Below, piece by piece: positions 19,801-28,468 of a stretch of 64,000 bases of DNA. Position 1 is the stretch's first letter. Every line of letters starts with the position of its first letter. Location of the stretch: positions 5,310-69,309 of the forward strand of contig JBBTED010000067.1 in assembly GCA_038042445.1 (NCBI GenBank), read 5' to 3'. A program made the position numbers and the translations under genes. The notes under the pieces are model-generated. The model did not search any database. It worked only from the letters and a program-made list of their open reading frames with translations, and was not told the DNA's origin. This DNA comes from Candidatus Firestoneibacteriota bacterium (lineage in GTDB: Bacteria; Oederibacteriota; D2-FULL-39-29; JBBTED01).

Positions 19801-20037
19801 ATGGAAATAGAAATTAGTGATAATTTTGGAGTAAATGGTGGACTGCATTATGGAACACCTGTAAATGTTGTAAGAGAACTTAAAGCAATATGGAATATTA
19901 CAGCACGAGTATCTGAAGAGATAAGGAATAAAAGTGTTGATGATTGGGCAAAAGATATAAGGGAACATATGCCGTTTTTAAATTGTTGGTATGAAAAATT
20001 ATTAAAAGAGAAAAACATCCTTTTTCAAATGAATTAA
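19801..20037 (+). CDS. Hypothetical protein (78 aa)
   Basis: An RBS AGGAG precedes it. The stop overlaps the next start (TAATG). Confidence 0.4.
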   Translation: MEIEISDNFGVNGGLHYGTPVNVVRELKAIWNITARVSEEIRNKSVDDWAKDIREHMPFLNCWYEKLLKEKNILFQMN

Positions 20038-20198
20038 TGACTATTTTTGCACTTGCTTATGGCGAGCCAAACTATCAATGGGTAAGTATTCAGAATATTA
20101 TATGGGATGATGGTTCCACTACTACAAGGGATGATTTACTTAGAATGCAATTGGATGAAGAAAAATTCAATAATTTACAGAGATTAGGTTTAATATAG
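20037..20198 (+). CDS. Hypothetical small protein (53 aa, MTIFALAYGEPNYQWVS...). It is translationally coupled to the previous ORF.
   Basis: The TAATG overlap was found manually. It is not in the ORF track. Confidence 0.3.
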   Translation: MTIFALAYGEPNYQWVSIQNIIWDDGSTTTRDDLLRMQLDEEKFNNLQRLGLI

Positions 20199-20200
20199 TT

Positions 20201-20788
20201 TTGAAATTTAAAAAGAATAAAGAAATGGATAATTTAAAAGATATTTATATTAGTTATTTCAATCAGATGAGAGATGGTGAATCAAATATTTTCAAATTTC
20301 TCACTACACTTTTTACTGCTATTGGAGGATTTTATATTGTTGTTAAAAATAATGTTGTTGAAAATAATTTAGATTGGTTATTGTTTTCAGCAATTGGATC
20401 TACTATTGTACTTATATGGGGAATTCTTTATGTTTTATCAATAGGTTATACGCATAGATATTTGCAGGTAATAATGTGGTATTATGAAAATAAATTAAAA
20501 TTACCCAATTTCAAATCTTGGGATCCAAAAAAATTTAAAAAGTTGAAAGTATGCCAAAGCTTATTATTAGAACCTACTCCGGGAATTTATAAAATCCATC
20601 TTATAGGATTTATTATGGGAATTATGTTAGTTTGGTATTGGTACGGATTTTTAAAAAATAACAACCATATTGGTTGTGTGATTATACTATTTCTTATTGT
20701 GTGGTTGCTTACTGCTTGTTTAAATTATTACTATATGAACAAACTAAAAAAAATAATTGAAAAAGGAATTAATAATGATAAAACTTAA
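20201..20788 (+). CDS. Hypothetical membrane protein (about 4-5 TM helices). It is the first gene of the tight surface-protein operon.
   Basis: Hydrophobic helices throughout. It overlaps the next ORF. Confidence 0.4.
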   Translation: MKFKKNKEMDNLKDIYISYFNQMRDGESNIFKFLTTLFTAIGGFYIVVKNNVVENNLDWLLFSAIGSTIVLIWGILYVLSIGYTHRYLQVIMWYYENKLKLPNFKSWDPKKFKKLKVCQSLLLEPTPGIYKIHLIGFIMGIMLVWYWYGFLKNNNHIGCVIILFLIVWLLTACLNYYYMNKLKKIIEKGINNDKT

Positions 20789-23480
20789 TAAATTTTTTAA
20801 AATTATTTTTATAGTAATAGTTTATAGTATAATTAACGATTTTACATATACTTATGCTGTAACTTATACATTAGACAGCACAGGAAATGTTGGAGGGTAT
20901 AACTCTATAGCCATAGACAGTAATAACAAAGTTCATATTGGTTATTATGATGTTACAAATGGAGATTTAAAATACGCAACGAATATATCTGGTTCATGGG
21001 TAACATCTACTTTGGATAGTTCAGGAACTGTTGGATGGTGGAGCTCTATAGCCATAGACAGTAATAACAAAGTTCATATTGGTTATTATGATGCTACAAA
21101 TGGAGATTTAAAATACGCAACGAATATATCTGGTTCTTGGGTAACATCTACTTTGGATAGTTCAGGAACTGTTGGATGGTATAACTCTATAGCCATAGAC
21201 AGTAATAACAAAGTTCATATTAGTTATATGGATTATACAAATGCAGATTTAAAATACGCAACAAATACATCTGGTTCTTGGGTATATACAACATTAGATG
21301 ATATTGGAAGTAGTTTAGATGGTTCTCAAAACCGTACTTCAATCACAATAGATAGTAATAATAAAGTCCATATTAGTTATGCTATGGGTTTTGGTGGTAA
21401 TTTAAAATATGCAACAAATACATCAGGTAGTTGGGTGTGTATATCATTAGGTATAGGATTTACTTCTTCAATAGCCATAGACAATAATAATAAAGTTTAT
21501 ATAAGTTATAATGGGACAGATTTAAGATATGGTACAAACGCATCTGGTAGTTGGGTGACATCAACATTAGATAGTGCGTTCTCAAATTCTTTCATAGCGA
21601 TAGATAACAATAACAAGATTCATATAAGTTGTTTTGATAGTACAAATGCAGATTTAAAATATGTTACAAATGCTGGTAATACAGCACCAACATTATCATG
21701 GACAGGCGAGGCAAATTATACTTCAGATGGAATAAATCCAGAAATAGGAAACACAAGTTCAACATTTATATACAGGATTAAATATACCGATACTGATAAT
21801 GATGCACCGGCGAGTGGGTATCCAAAGGTGCATATTAAGAAAGCAGGAGTTGAAATAAGCGGTAGTCCATTTACAATGAGTTATGTAAGTGGAAGTTATA
21901 GCACAGGAGCAATTTATACATATTCTAAAACATTAAGTTCTTTGGGAACTGACTACACATATTATTTTGAAGCGCAGGATGTGTGGAATGAAGTAGCAAC
22001 AGGCACGCCAACAATCGCTGTTGATTCTCCTGATGTCAATAATGCTCCTGCATTATCTTGGACCGGTGAGACAAATTATGTATCTGACGGGTTAGATCCG
22101 CATACAGGAAATACAGCAATAACATTTACATACAGAGTGAAGTATACGGATGCTGATGCTTTAGCAAGTGGATATCCAAAAGTTCATATTAAAAAAGCAG
22201 GAAGTGAAATATCTGGTAGTCCATTCACAATGACTTATGTAAGTGGAACATATTCAGGCGGAGCGATTTACACTTATTCTAAAATACTTTCTACCGTTGG
22301 AATTGACTATACATATTATTTTGAGGCACAGGATGTATATAACGAAGTAGCAACTGGAATACCAACAACATCAGTAGATGCTCCTGATGTTTCTGCTATT
22401 CCTCTTATTTCTCCAAATACAGCACCCATTTTTTCCTGGACAGGTGAAACAAATTATACGGCTAATGGGATTTATCCTACTTTAGGAAATGCGAGTACTA
22501 CTTTTGTTTTTAGGGTGAAATATACGGATGCAGATAATGATGCTCCTGCATCAGGATATCCTAAATTGTATATTAAAAAAGGTGGTGTAGAAATTTCTGG
22601 TAGTCCGTTTGCTATGGTGACAGTAGATAGTAGTTTGTATTCAGCAGGTCCAATTTATACTTATTCTACGGTTTTAACTAAATCAGGTGCTGATTATACT
22701 TATTATTTTGAGGCGAAAGATGTATTAAATGGTCTTGCAACAGGAATACCTACAAATCCTTTTGATGCACCTGATGTTAATGTAATTCAGGCAAATCAAG
22801 ATACCAATATAGTAAGTGAAGACGGAACCAGTATTGATATTCCAAAGGATACACTAAATCCAGGAGTTGCAATTAACATCACTATTCCTTCTGTTATTCC
22901 TGAAGGAGAAGTCCAAAATGCAGGATATTCAGTTAAGCAGACAAATATAACAAGAGAAATAACTACATCAGATGGGAGTAAAAATTTTAATAAGGAAATA
23001 AAAATATCTATTCCATTTAAAGATTCTGATGTTGCTGGAATAAATAAACAAAACCTGAAATTATTCTATTATTCTGAAGAAAGGAAAATGTGGATTTTAA
23101 TTCCATCTGCTGTAGTTGATACTAATAAAAATACAATTTCTATATTAGTTACACATTTGACAATTTTTAGGATAATGGCACTTGAGCCAACATCAGCAGT
23201 ATTAGTTTTATATAACAATTTGTTTGACCCTGCAAATAATGAAAAATTATATGTTCGTTATGATATTGTGCAAGAAGTAGATGTTACAGTTACTGTGTAT
23301 AGCATCAAGGGGCAAAAGATAAAAGAATTATTTAATGGTAGAAAAACTGCTGGTAGTTACACTGATTTAACCTGGGATGGCAAGAATGAAGATGGAGAGG
23401 TTGTAGCAAGTGGTATTTATGTTGTGTATATTTCTGCAGGGGATTTTAGAGATAAGAAAAAAGTGGTGGTGGTGAAATGA
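20757..23480 (+). CDS. Large secreted repeat protein: signal peptide, 7 beta-propeller-like 45-aa repeats, 3 repeats of about 120 aa, and a C-terminal FlgD-Ig/T9SS-CTD-like domain
   Basis: The signal is IIFIVIVYSIINDFTYTYA. The propeller repeat is SIAIDSNNKVHIxYxDxTNxDLKYATNxSGSWV, present 7 times. The 120-aa repeat is SWTGExNY...YTDxDxDAPASGYPKVHIKKAG, present 3 times. The tail is VYSIKGQKIKELF...WDGKNEDGEVVASGIYVV...KKVVVVK. Confidence 0.7.
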   Translation: MKKELIMIKLNKFFKIIFIVIVYSIINDFTYTYAVTYTLDSTGNVGGYNSIAIDSNNKVHIGYYDVTNGDLKYATNISGSWVTSTLDSSGTVGWWSSIAIDSNNKVHIGYYDATNGDLKYATNISGSWVTSTLDSSGTVGWYNSIAIDSNNKVHISYMDYTNADLKYATNTSGSWVYTTLDDIGSSLDGSQNRTSITIDSNNKVHISYAMGFGGNLKYATNTSGSWVCISLGIGFTSSIAIDNNNKVYISYNGTDLRYGTNASGSWVTSTLDSAFSNSFIAIDNNNKIHISCFDSTNADLKYVTNAGNTAPTLSWTGEANYTSDGINPEIGNTSSTFIYRIKYTDTDNDAPASGYPKVHIKKAGVEISGSPFTMSYVSGSYSTGAIYTYSKTLSSLGTDYTYYFEAQDVWNEVATGTPTIAVDSPDVNNAPALSWTGETNYVSDGLDPHTGNTAITFTYRVKYTDADALASGYPKVHIKKAGSEISGSPFTMTYVSGTYSGGAIYTYSKILSTVGIDYTYYFEAQDVYNEVATGIPTTSVDAPDVSAIPLISPNTAPIFSWTGETNYTANGIYPTLGNASTTFVFRVKYTDADNDAPASGYPKLYIKKGGVEISGSPFAMVTVDSSLYSAGPIYTYSTVLTKSGADYTYYFEAKDVLNGLATGIPTNPFDAPDVNVIQANQDTNIVSEDGTSIDIPKDTLNPGVAINITIPSVIPEGEVQNAGYSVKQTNITREITTSDGSKNFNKEIKISIPFKDSDVAGINKQNLKLFYYSEERKMWILIPSAVVDTNKNTISILVTHLTIFRIMALEPTSAVLVLYNNLFDPANNEKLYVRYDIVQEVDVTVTVYSIKGQKIKELFNGRKTAGSYTDLTWDGKNEDGEVVASGIYVVYISAGDFRDKKKVVVVK

Positions 23481-23490
23481 GAGAAAAATG

Positions 23491-23551
23491 GATTCCCGCT
23501 TTCGCGGGAATGACAGAATGTAGTGGAAATTCTCGCAGGCTAAAGCCTGCG
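23491..23551. repeat. Two repeat units between the operon genes: GATTCCCGCTTTCGCGGGAATGAC and CGCAGGCTAAAGCCTGCG
   Basis: These are inverted-orientation copies of the families at 17830 and 18381. They create the artefactual N-terminus IPAFAGMT...RRLKPAA on the next ORF. Confidence 0.7.
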
Positions 23552-23572
23552 GCTACAACTACATTGTTTGTA

Positions 23573-26446
23573 ATGATGATTTTTATTTTGCCTGTTTTGT
23601 GTAATGCAGGGGTGGGAACAACTGGGGGTGTGTTTCTTGAGGATTCTGTAGGTGCAAGACCTTATGGTATGGGTTCTGCATTTTCTGCTATTGCTGATGA
23701 TGCAAATAGTATCTATTCAAATCCTGCTGGTTTTCATTATCTTGCCTATCCTGAAATAACAACAATGTATAATAAAGCATTGATGGATACTTCATTAAGT
23801 TATATTGGGTATATTCATCCTTATGAAAATATCGGAACTTTTTCCGGGTCATTTTTATTATTTGATGGTGGAGATATAGAGCTGAATTATTTAGATAGCA
23901 CAAGTGAAAAAGTGAAGGCAGGCCAGGATTGGGCCGTAACTTTAGGATATGGCAGATCTATAGGGAATTCAGAAATATTTTTTGGTGGGGCTAATATAAA
24001 ATTGGTACGTAGCACATTGGTAAATAAATATTCTGCAATAGCAATAGCGATGGATGCAGGATTGTTGTATCGCACAATTGATAATAAGCTTTCAATTAGT
24101 TTAGCATTTCAAAATTTAGGTACGAAGTTGAAATATAAAAATATAGGTGATTCTCTTCCTTTTACTTCTAAATTTGGAGTTGCCTATAGAATTTTAGAGC
24201 TTGAAGGACATTCAGTATTACTTGCAGGAGATTTTTCTCTTAATTTTGTAAAGAAAAATATTGGAGTTGAATATTGGGTAATGCAAATGTTCGCATTAAG
24301 ACTTGGTGCAAAATTGGGATATAATCCAAATAGCTATACTATGGGTTTCGGGATAAATGTTTTTTCTGATACAAAATTGGATTATGGATATTCTCCAATG
24401 ATAGATGAAACAACGCATAGGATTTCGTTATCATTTAAGTTTGGTTCACAGGATAAAATTACACTTGCTGATAAATACGAAGAAAAAGGAATGTATGCAC
24501 GTGCGCAATATATCCGCAATCCAGATGATTATATGTACGCAAAGGCAAATACAATAAAAGAAAAAGATGGATTTATACCTATTATAACATCAATAGAGCC
24601 AAAGAAAGCAGGTCCGGGAACGGAAATTAAAATATTCGGAGAAAAATTTGGGAAATATAGCAATGTAACAATAGGAGATGTTTTTGCAGAGGTTATAAAA
24701 TCAGAAGAAAAAAGAATAATAGCGAAAGTGCCGAATATAAAAGCTGGAGAATCAGAAGTAGTTGTGCAGACAGACAAAGGGGTTTCACTTTCAAAAACAT
24801 TATCAGTGATGCCATCAAAACCAGCAATGCTTGAAGTTTCAGAAATAACATTTAAAGATGAGAATCAAGATAATATTTTGGGAGCAGAGGAAACCGGAAA
24901 CATAATAATAACAGTTAAAAATCAGAAGGGTGCTGGAGAGTCGTTTGGAGTGAAGGTTAAACCAGTGTGTACTTCAGCAAAGAATGATCTGTTTTTTGAT
25001 AATGAAATAAATATAGGAAATATTGGTTCTGGAGAAGAGAGAAAAGTTGAAATTCCAGTTAAAGCTGGATTAGATTTAACAACAGGCAAAGCGAGTTTTA
25101 AATTGAGTTTTACTGAAGCGAATGAATATAATCCAGATCCAGTGAACATAACATTTGATACACATAAATTAGAGCCGCCTGATATAGAATTAGCGAAATT
25201 TGAGATAGACGATGGAATGTATCCATACAATCCGGAAAAATTAGCATCAGGAAATAACAATGGAATACTTGAACCCGGAGAACAAGTTGAAATAAACGCA
25301 GTTATTGTAAACAAGGGAACAGGTCCAACAAAGAATGGAGTTGTAAAAGTTATTTGTTCTGATCCTAAAATCAATATTTCAAGTTTAAGTCAGAGTTTAG
25401 AGTTTGATTTAGGTAGTATAGAGCCGGAAAAATGGAAAGAAATAAAGTTTGCGATAGAAGTTAAAAAACAATATAAGGGTGAACAGAATCTGCCTGTAAA
25501 ACTACAGTTCAGTGAAGCAAGAAAAATGTTTAACAAGGATTTGGCAATGAACATAGGATTAGGCAGGGTGTATGCAAAAACACAAGATGTTGTTATAAAA
25601 GGAAAATCGTTTGATATTGCTATTCCAACAATTACTTCTTTCGGAGATGATTTAATTAACATACCTGCTTATGCAACAACAGAAAAGAAGAATGCTTATG
25701 CAGTAGTGGTCGGAATAGAAAAATACAGGGATGTGGTGTCAGCGGAATATGCGGCAAAGGACGCACAGTCAATAAGAGATTATTTAATTAGCGCAATGAA
25801 ATTTAAAGAAGAGAATATTAGATTTGCTCTAAACGAAAGAGCAAGCAGGAATGATTTAATCAGATATTTCAATGTGGAGTTAAAGAACAATGTTGAAAAG
25901 GATTCTTTGGTGTTTGTATATTATTCCGGGCATGGTGCCCCGGATGCAACAACAGGCGATACATACATCGTTCCTTATGACGGAGACCCGAATACAATAA
26001 AAGACAGCGGGTATTCGTTAAAGCAGTTGTATGAGGTATTAAGCAAACTACCAACTAATAAAATATTGGTTGTGATAGACGCGTGTTTCAGCGGTGCAGG
26101 CGGAACAAGAACGCTTTTAGCAAAAGGAGCAAGACCATTAGTAGTGAGTAAGGATACAGATACCGGGAATGCGATAGCAATCACAGCAACAGGAGCAGGA
26201 CAAATAAGCGGGACTTATGACGAGAAACAACACGGGTTATTTACATATTATTTTTTGAAAGGTATTCAGGGTGAAGCGGATATAAACAAAGACAAGGAAA
26301 TAATGTTAAGCGAGTTGTATGGATATTTAAAGCCAGAGGTTATAAGGAAAGCAAGAAAAGACAACAGGGACCAGGAACCGCAGATATTGCCATCAGTTAA
26401 TCAGATAGGTGAGTTTGAAAAATTACCATTAGCAATATTAAAATGA
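23573..26446 (+). CDS. Multidomain surface protein: signal peptide, PorV/FadL-like beta-barrel-like domain, IPT/TIG, 2 CARDB-like Ig domains, and a C-terminal caspase-like Peptidase C14 domain
   Basis: The signal is MMIFILPVLCNA. The N-terminal domain has GARPYGMGSAFSAIADDANSIYSNPAG and ends ...SLSFKF. The IPT domain is IITSIEPKKAGPGTEIKIFGEKFG. The CARDB-like units are ILEPGEQVEINAVIVNKGTG. The caspase dyad is FVYYSGHG...VVIDACFSG. The ORF-track start at 23477 lies inside the repeat elements. Confidence 0.7.
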   Translation: MMIFILPVLCNAGVGTTGGVFLEDSVGARPYGMGSAFSAIADDANSIYSNPAGFHYLAYPEITTMYNKALMDTSLSYIGYIHPYENIGTFSGSFLLFDGGDIELNYLDSTSEKVKAGQDWAVTLGYGRSIGNSEIFFGGANIKLVRSTLVNKYSAIAIAMDAGLLYRTIDNKLSISLAFQNLGTKLKYKNIGDSLPFTSKFGVAYRILELEGHSVLLAGDFSLNFVKKNIGVEYWVMQMFALRLGAKLGYNPNSYTMGFGINVFSDTKLDYGYSPMIDETTHRISLSFKFGSQDKITLADKYEEKGMYARAQYIRNPDDYMYAKANTIKEKDGFIPIITSIEPKKAGPGTEIKIFGEKFGKYSNVTIGDVFAEVIKSEEKRIIAKVPNIKAGESEVVVQTDKGVSLSKTLSVMPSKPAMLEVSEITFKDENQDNILGAEETGNIIITVKNQKGAGESFGVKVKPVCTSAKNDLFFDNEINIGNIGSGEERKVEIPVKAGLDLTTGKASFKLSFTEANEYNPDPVNITFDTHKLEPPDIELAKFEIDDGMYPYNPEKLASGNNNGILEPGEQVEINAVIVNKGTGPTKNGVVKVICSDPKINISSLSQSLEFDLGSIEPEKWKEIKFAIEVKKQYKGEQNLPVKLQFSEARKMFNKDLAMNIGLGRVYAKTQDVVIKGKSFDIAIPTITSFGDDLINIPAYATTEKKNAYAVVVGIEKYRDVVSAEYAAKDAQSIRDYLISAMKFKEENIRFALNERASRNDLIRYFNVELKNNVEKDSLVFVYYSGHGAPDATTGDTYIVPYDGDPNTIKDSGYSLKQLYEVLSKLPTNKILVVIDACFSGAGGTRTLLAKGARPLVVSKDTDTGNAIAITATGAGQISGTYDEKQHGLFTYYFLKGIQGEADINKDKEIMLSELYGYLKPEVIRKARKDNRDQEPQILPSVNQIGEFEKLPLAILK

Positions 26447-27540
26447 GAAATAAAACGGTTTTGTCATTGCGAGTGAAACGAAGTAATCTTGGGATTTATC
26501 TAGTATTTTTTCTTGTTGTTGTTTTTTGTGGGTGTGCTACGACACCAAAGTCAAAACCGGATTTAAAAGATAAATCCGATAAACTTTTTCAGGAACTTGG
26601 AAAAGAAGAAACTCCGGATATTCAACAGAATAAAGAAATGAAACAGATGGAAAAGGAGTTGGATAAAACGCCCAATAAATCAGACCAAACAGTAGAACAA
26701 GCGTCTCGCTTGTCAGAACAACAGCCATCAATGGTAGGACAGCCGTCTCGGCTGTCAGAAGAAATTTCTTTTGAAGAAACAGGTGAAGGGTTCGCGTCAA
26801 AATACGAACGGAGAATAGAAGCAGAAAAACGTGCAGAGGAGAATGCTTTATCAAAAGCGCTAAAGAAAATAGGCACAGATGTTTTTGACAGTTTCAGCGA
26901 TGCAATGGCTCAATCCGGAAAAACACAGTATCAGTTCGTTGCGAAATGTCTTTATATCGGCACAAGCGGATTAGTGTCTTATGAAAGAACTGGAGAGCCG
27001 ATTTTTACAGAAGAGACAAATGGAACAAAGTGCGTTCTTAAAATAAAAGGCACGGTTTATTCAAAAGGTAAGCCAGACCCTTCTTATGGGGTTAAAATAG
27101 ATAAGAATTCCGGGATGGATAAACTGATTTATAATTCCGGGGATGAAGTCCAACTAAAATTTTCTGTTACAAAGGATTCACATATAACTATTTTAAATAT
27201 TGATGAGGAAAAGAACGTTTATCTGATTTATCCAAATAAGTTTGTTAAGGGAAATATACTGAAAGCAGGAGAAAGTTTTGAAATACCGGGTAACTTGGGA
27301 ATAAAAATGCAGGCAGTATTACAGGAAGGAAAGAGCGAAACAGTTGAATTACTATACATAATCGCAACAAAAACCAATTCGTTGTTTTTATCTGAGGATA
27401 GCAAAGAGATTCTTTTATCAACAGATTACACATTGTTTTCAATCGGAGAATTTAAAAGGGCTATGGAACGGATTGGAAAACTTAATCGTGATGAGTGGAC
27501 AATGATTGTTTTGCCATATACGATAGTAAAAGGTAAATAG
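26443..27540 (+). CDS. Lipoprotein with a C-terminal DUF4384-like domain (a domain family often found with caspase domains)
   Basis: The lipobox is VVVFCGC. The C-terminal YNSGDEVQLKFSVTKDSHITILNIDEEKNVYLIYPN...AGESFEIPG fits the DUF4384 pattern. The N-terminal n-region is partly encoded by a GTCATTGCGAG repeat. Confidence 0.55.
   Translation: MRNKTVLSLRVKRSNLGIYLVFFLVVVFCGCATTPKSKPDLKDKSDKLFQELGKEETPDIQQNKEMKQMEKELDKTPNKSDQTVEQASRLSEQQPSMVGQPSRLSEEISFEETGEGFASKYERRIEAEKRAEENALSKALKKIGTDVFDSFSDAMAQSGKTQYQFVAKCLYIGTSGLVSYERTGEPIFTEETNGTKCVLKIKGTVYSKGKPDPSYGVKIDKNSGMDKLIYNSGDEVQLKFSVTKDSHITILNIDEEKNVYLIYPNKFVKGNILKAGESFEIPGNLGIKMQAVLQEGKSETVELLYIIATKTNSLFLSEDSKEILLSTDYTLFSIGEFKRAMERIGKLNRDEWTMIVLPYTIVKGK
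26463..26488. repeat. GTCATTGCGAGTGAAACGAAGTAATC half-element inside the 5' coding end of the lipoprotein gene
   Basis: It matches the TIR of the 48795-48876 element. Confidence 0.6.
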
Positions 27541-27656
27541 TTTATAGAATATGTTATGCTGAATTCATTTCAGCATCTGTAGGGGTGGATTTATCCGACC
27601 AGATATTGTAGTTGTTTTGTAGTTGCCGACTTTGGTTGGCAAAGGAGGAAAAGAAA

Positions 27657-28214
27657 ATGGGAAAAGGTAATGTAGTCGCTCAATTTATTGAGCATAAGGT
27701 AGTTGCAAAGATTGGTTTGCTGATTGTTTTAGCAGTATTTGTTATAGTTGGTTGTGCATCAATGAAACCAATGTGGGTGGATAAAGGAAGTGCTGCGTTT
27801 GAGAAAGGCAAAGAAAAGGTGTTTTATGGTGTTGGCACAGCGAGTGCTGAAATTAAAGACAAAGCATTAAGAATAGAAACAGCGGATAACAGAGCAAGAG
27901 CGAGTTTACAGAAGATATTTGACACATATACAGCGTATTTAATGAAGGATTATCAGGGACAGGACGGAGTAGTTGTTGAAAGGGCTGTAAAAACATTTGC
28001 TGCTGGGAATTTATCTGGAGTTGAAATAACAGACCATTTTACTGAAAGCGATGGCACAATATATTCTTTAGCGAAACTTGATTTAGAGACATTCAAGCAG
28101 GCAATGGAAATGGCAAAGGAAGTTAGTACTATAGCAAAGGAACATTTGCAAAAGAAAGCAGATGTTATGTTCTCTGAATTAGAAAAAGAAGAAGAAAAAA
28201 GAGGAGCAAAGTAA
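27657..28214 (+). CDS. LPP20-like lipoprotein
   Basis: RBS AGGAGG, lipobox FVIVGCAS, and KVFYGVGTASAEIKDKALRIETADNRARASL, which is typical of the LPP20 family. Confidence 0.55.
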   Translation: MGKGNVVAQFIEHKVVAKIGLLIVLAVFVIVGCASMKPMWVDKGSAAFEKGKEKVFYGVGTASAEIKDKALRIETADNRARASLQKIFDTYTAYLMKDYQGQDGVVVERAVKTFAAGNLSGVEITDHFTESDGTIYSLAKLDLETFKQAMEMAKEVSTIAKEHLQKKADVMFSELEKEEEKRGAK

Positions 28215-28256
28215 ACAAAAATTTAACTACTGAATATTCCCAAATTCTTAACAAAA

Positions 28257-28284
28257 GTAGGGAACAGGATTATCTGTTCCCTAC
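28257..28284. terminator. Strong 11-bp hairpin GTAGGGAACAG-gattat-CTGTTCCCTAC at the operon end. It may act as a bidirectional terminator.
   Basis: A perfect inverted repeat with A/T-rich flanks. Confidence 0.5.
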
Positions 28285-28468
28285 AAACCAAAATGTAACA
28301 AATCAGTATTCCGTCATTCACTGACCCATTGCAAGGTTGATTTGAATTGTATTTCACTTAAATTTTTTGTAATATGTTTTATAATATATGGTCTGGTGGA
28401 AAAAATATCAACTATAAGGGAAAGAATTATGCTGTGTCTTTAAAACATACAGCATAAGGGAAAAAATT

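Noticed and set aside
23477-23572. ORF-track N-terminus MREKWIPAFAGMTECSGNSRRLKPAATT of the caspase-fusion protein
   Set aside because: It is encoded entirely by two intergenic repeat units. The true start is most likely the Met pair at 23573 that begins a canonical signal peptide.
24529-25662. Several 80-150 aa - strand ORFs inside the caspase-fusion gene, and similar ones inside murA, copA and polX
   Set aside because: They are antisense to long, well-supported genes, lack RBSs and have low-complexity translations.
20757-26446. Calling the operon a bona fide type IX secretion system
   Set aside because: Only CTD-like and PorV/PorU-like features are visible. No PorK/L/M/N, SprA or PorT homologs occur in the window, so it is reported as an analogous module hypothesis only.
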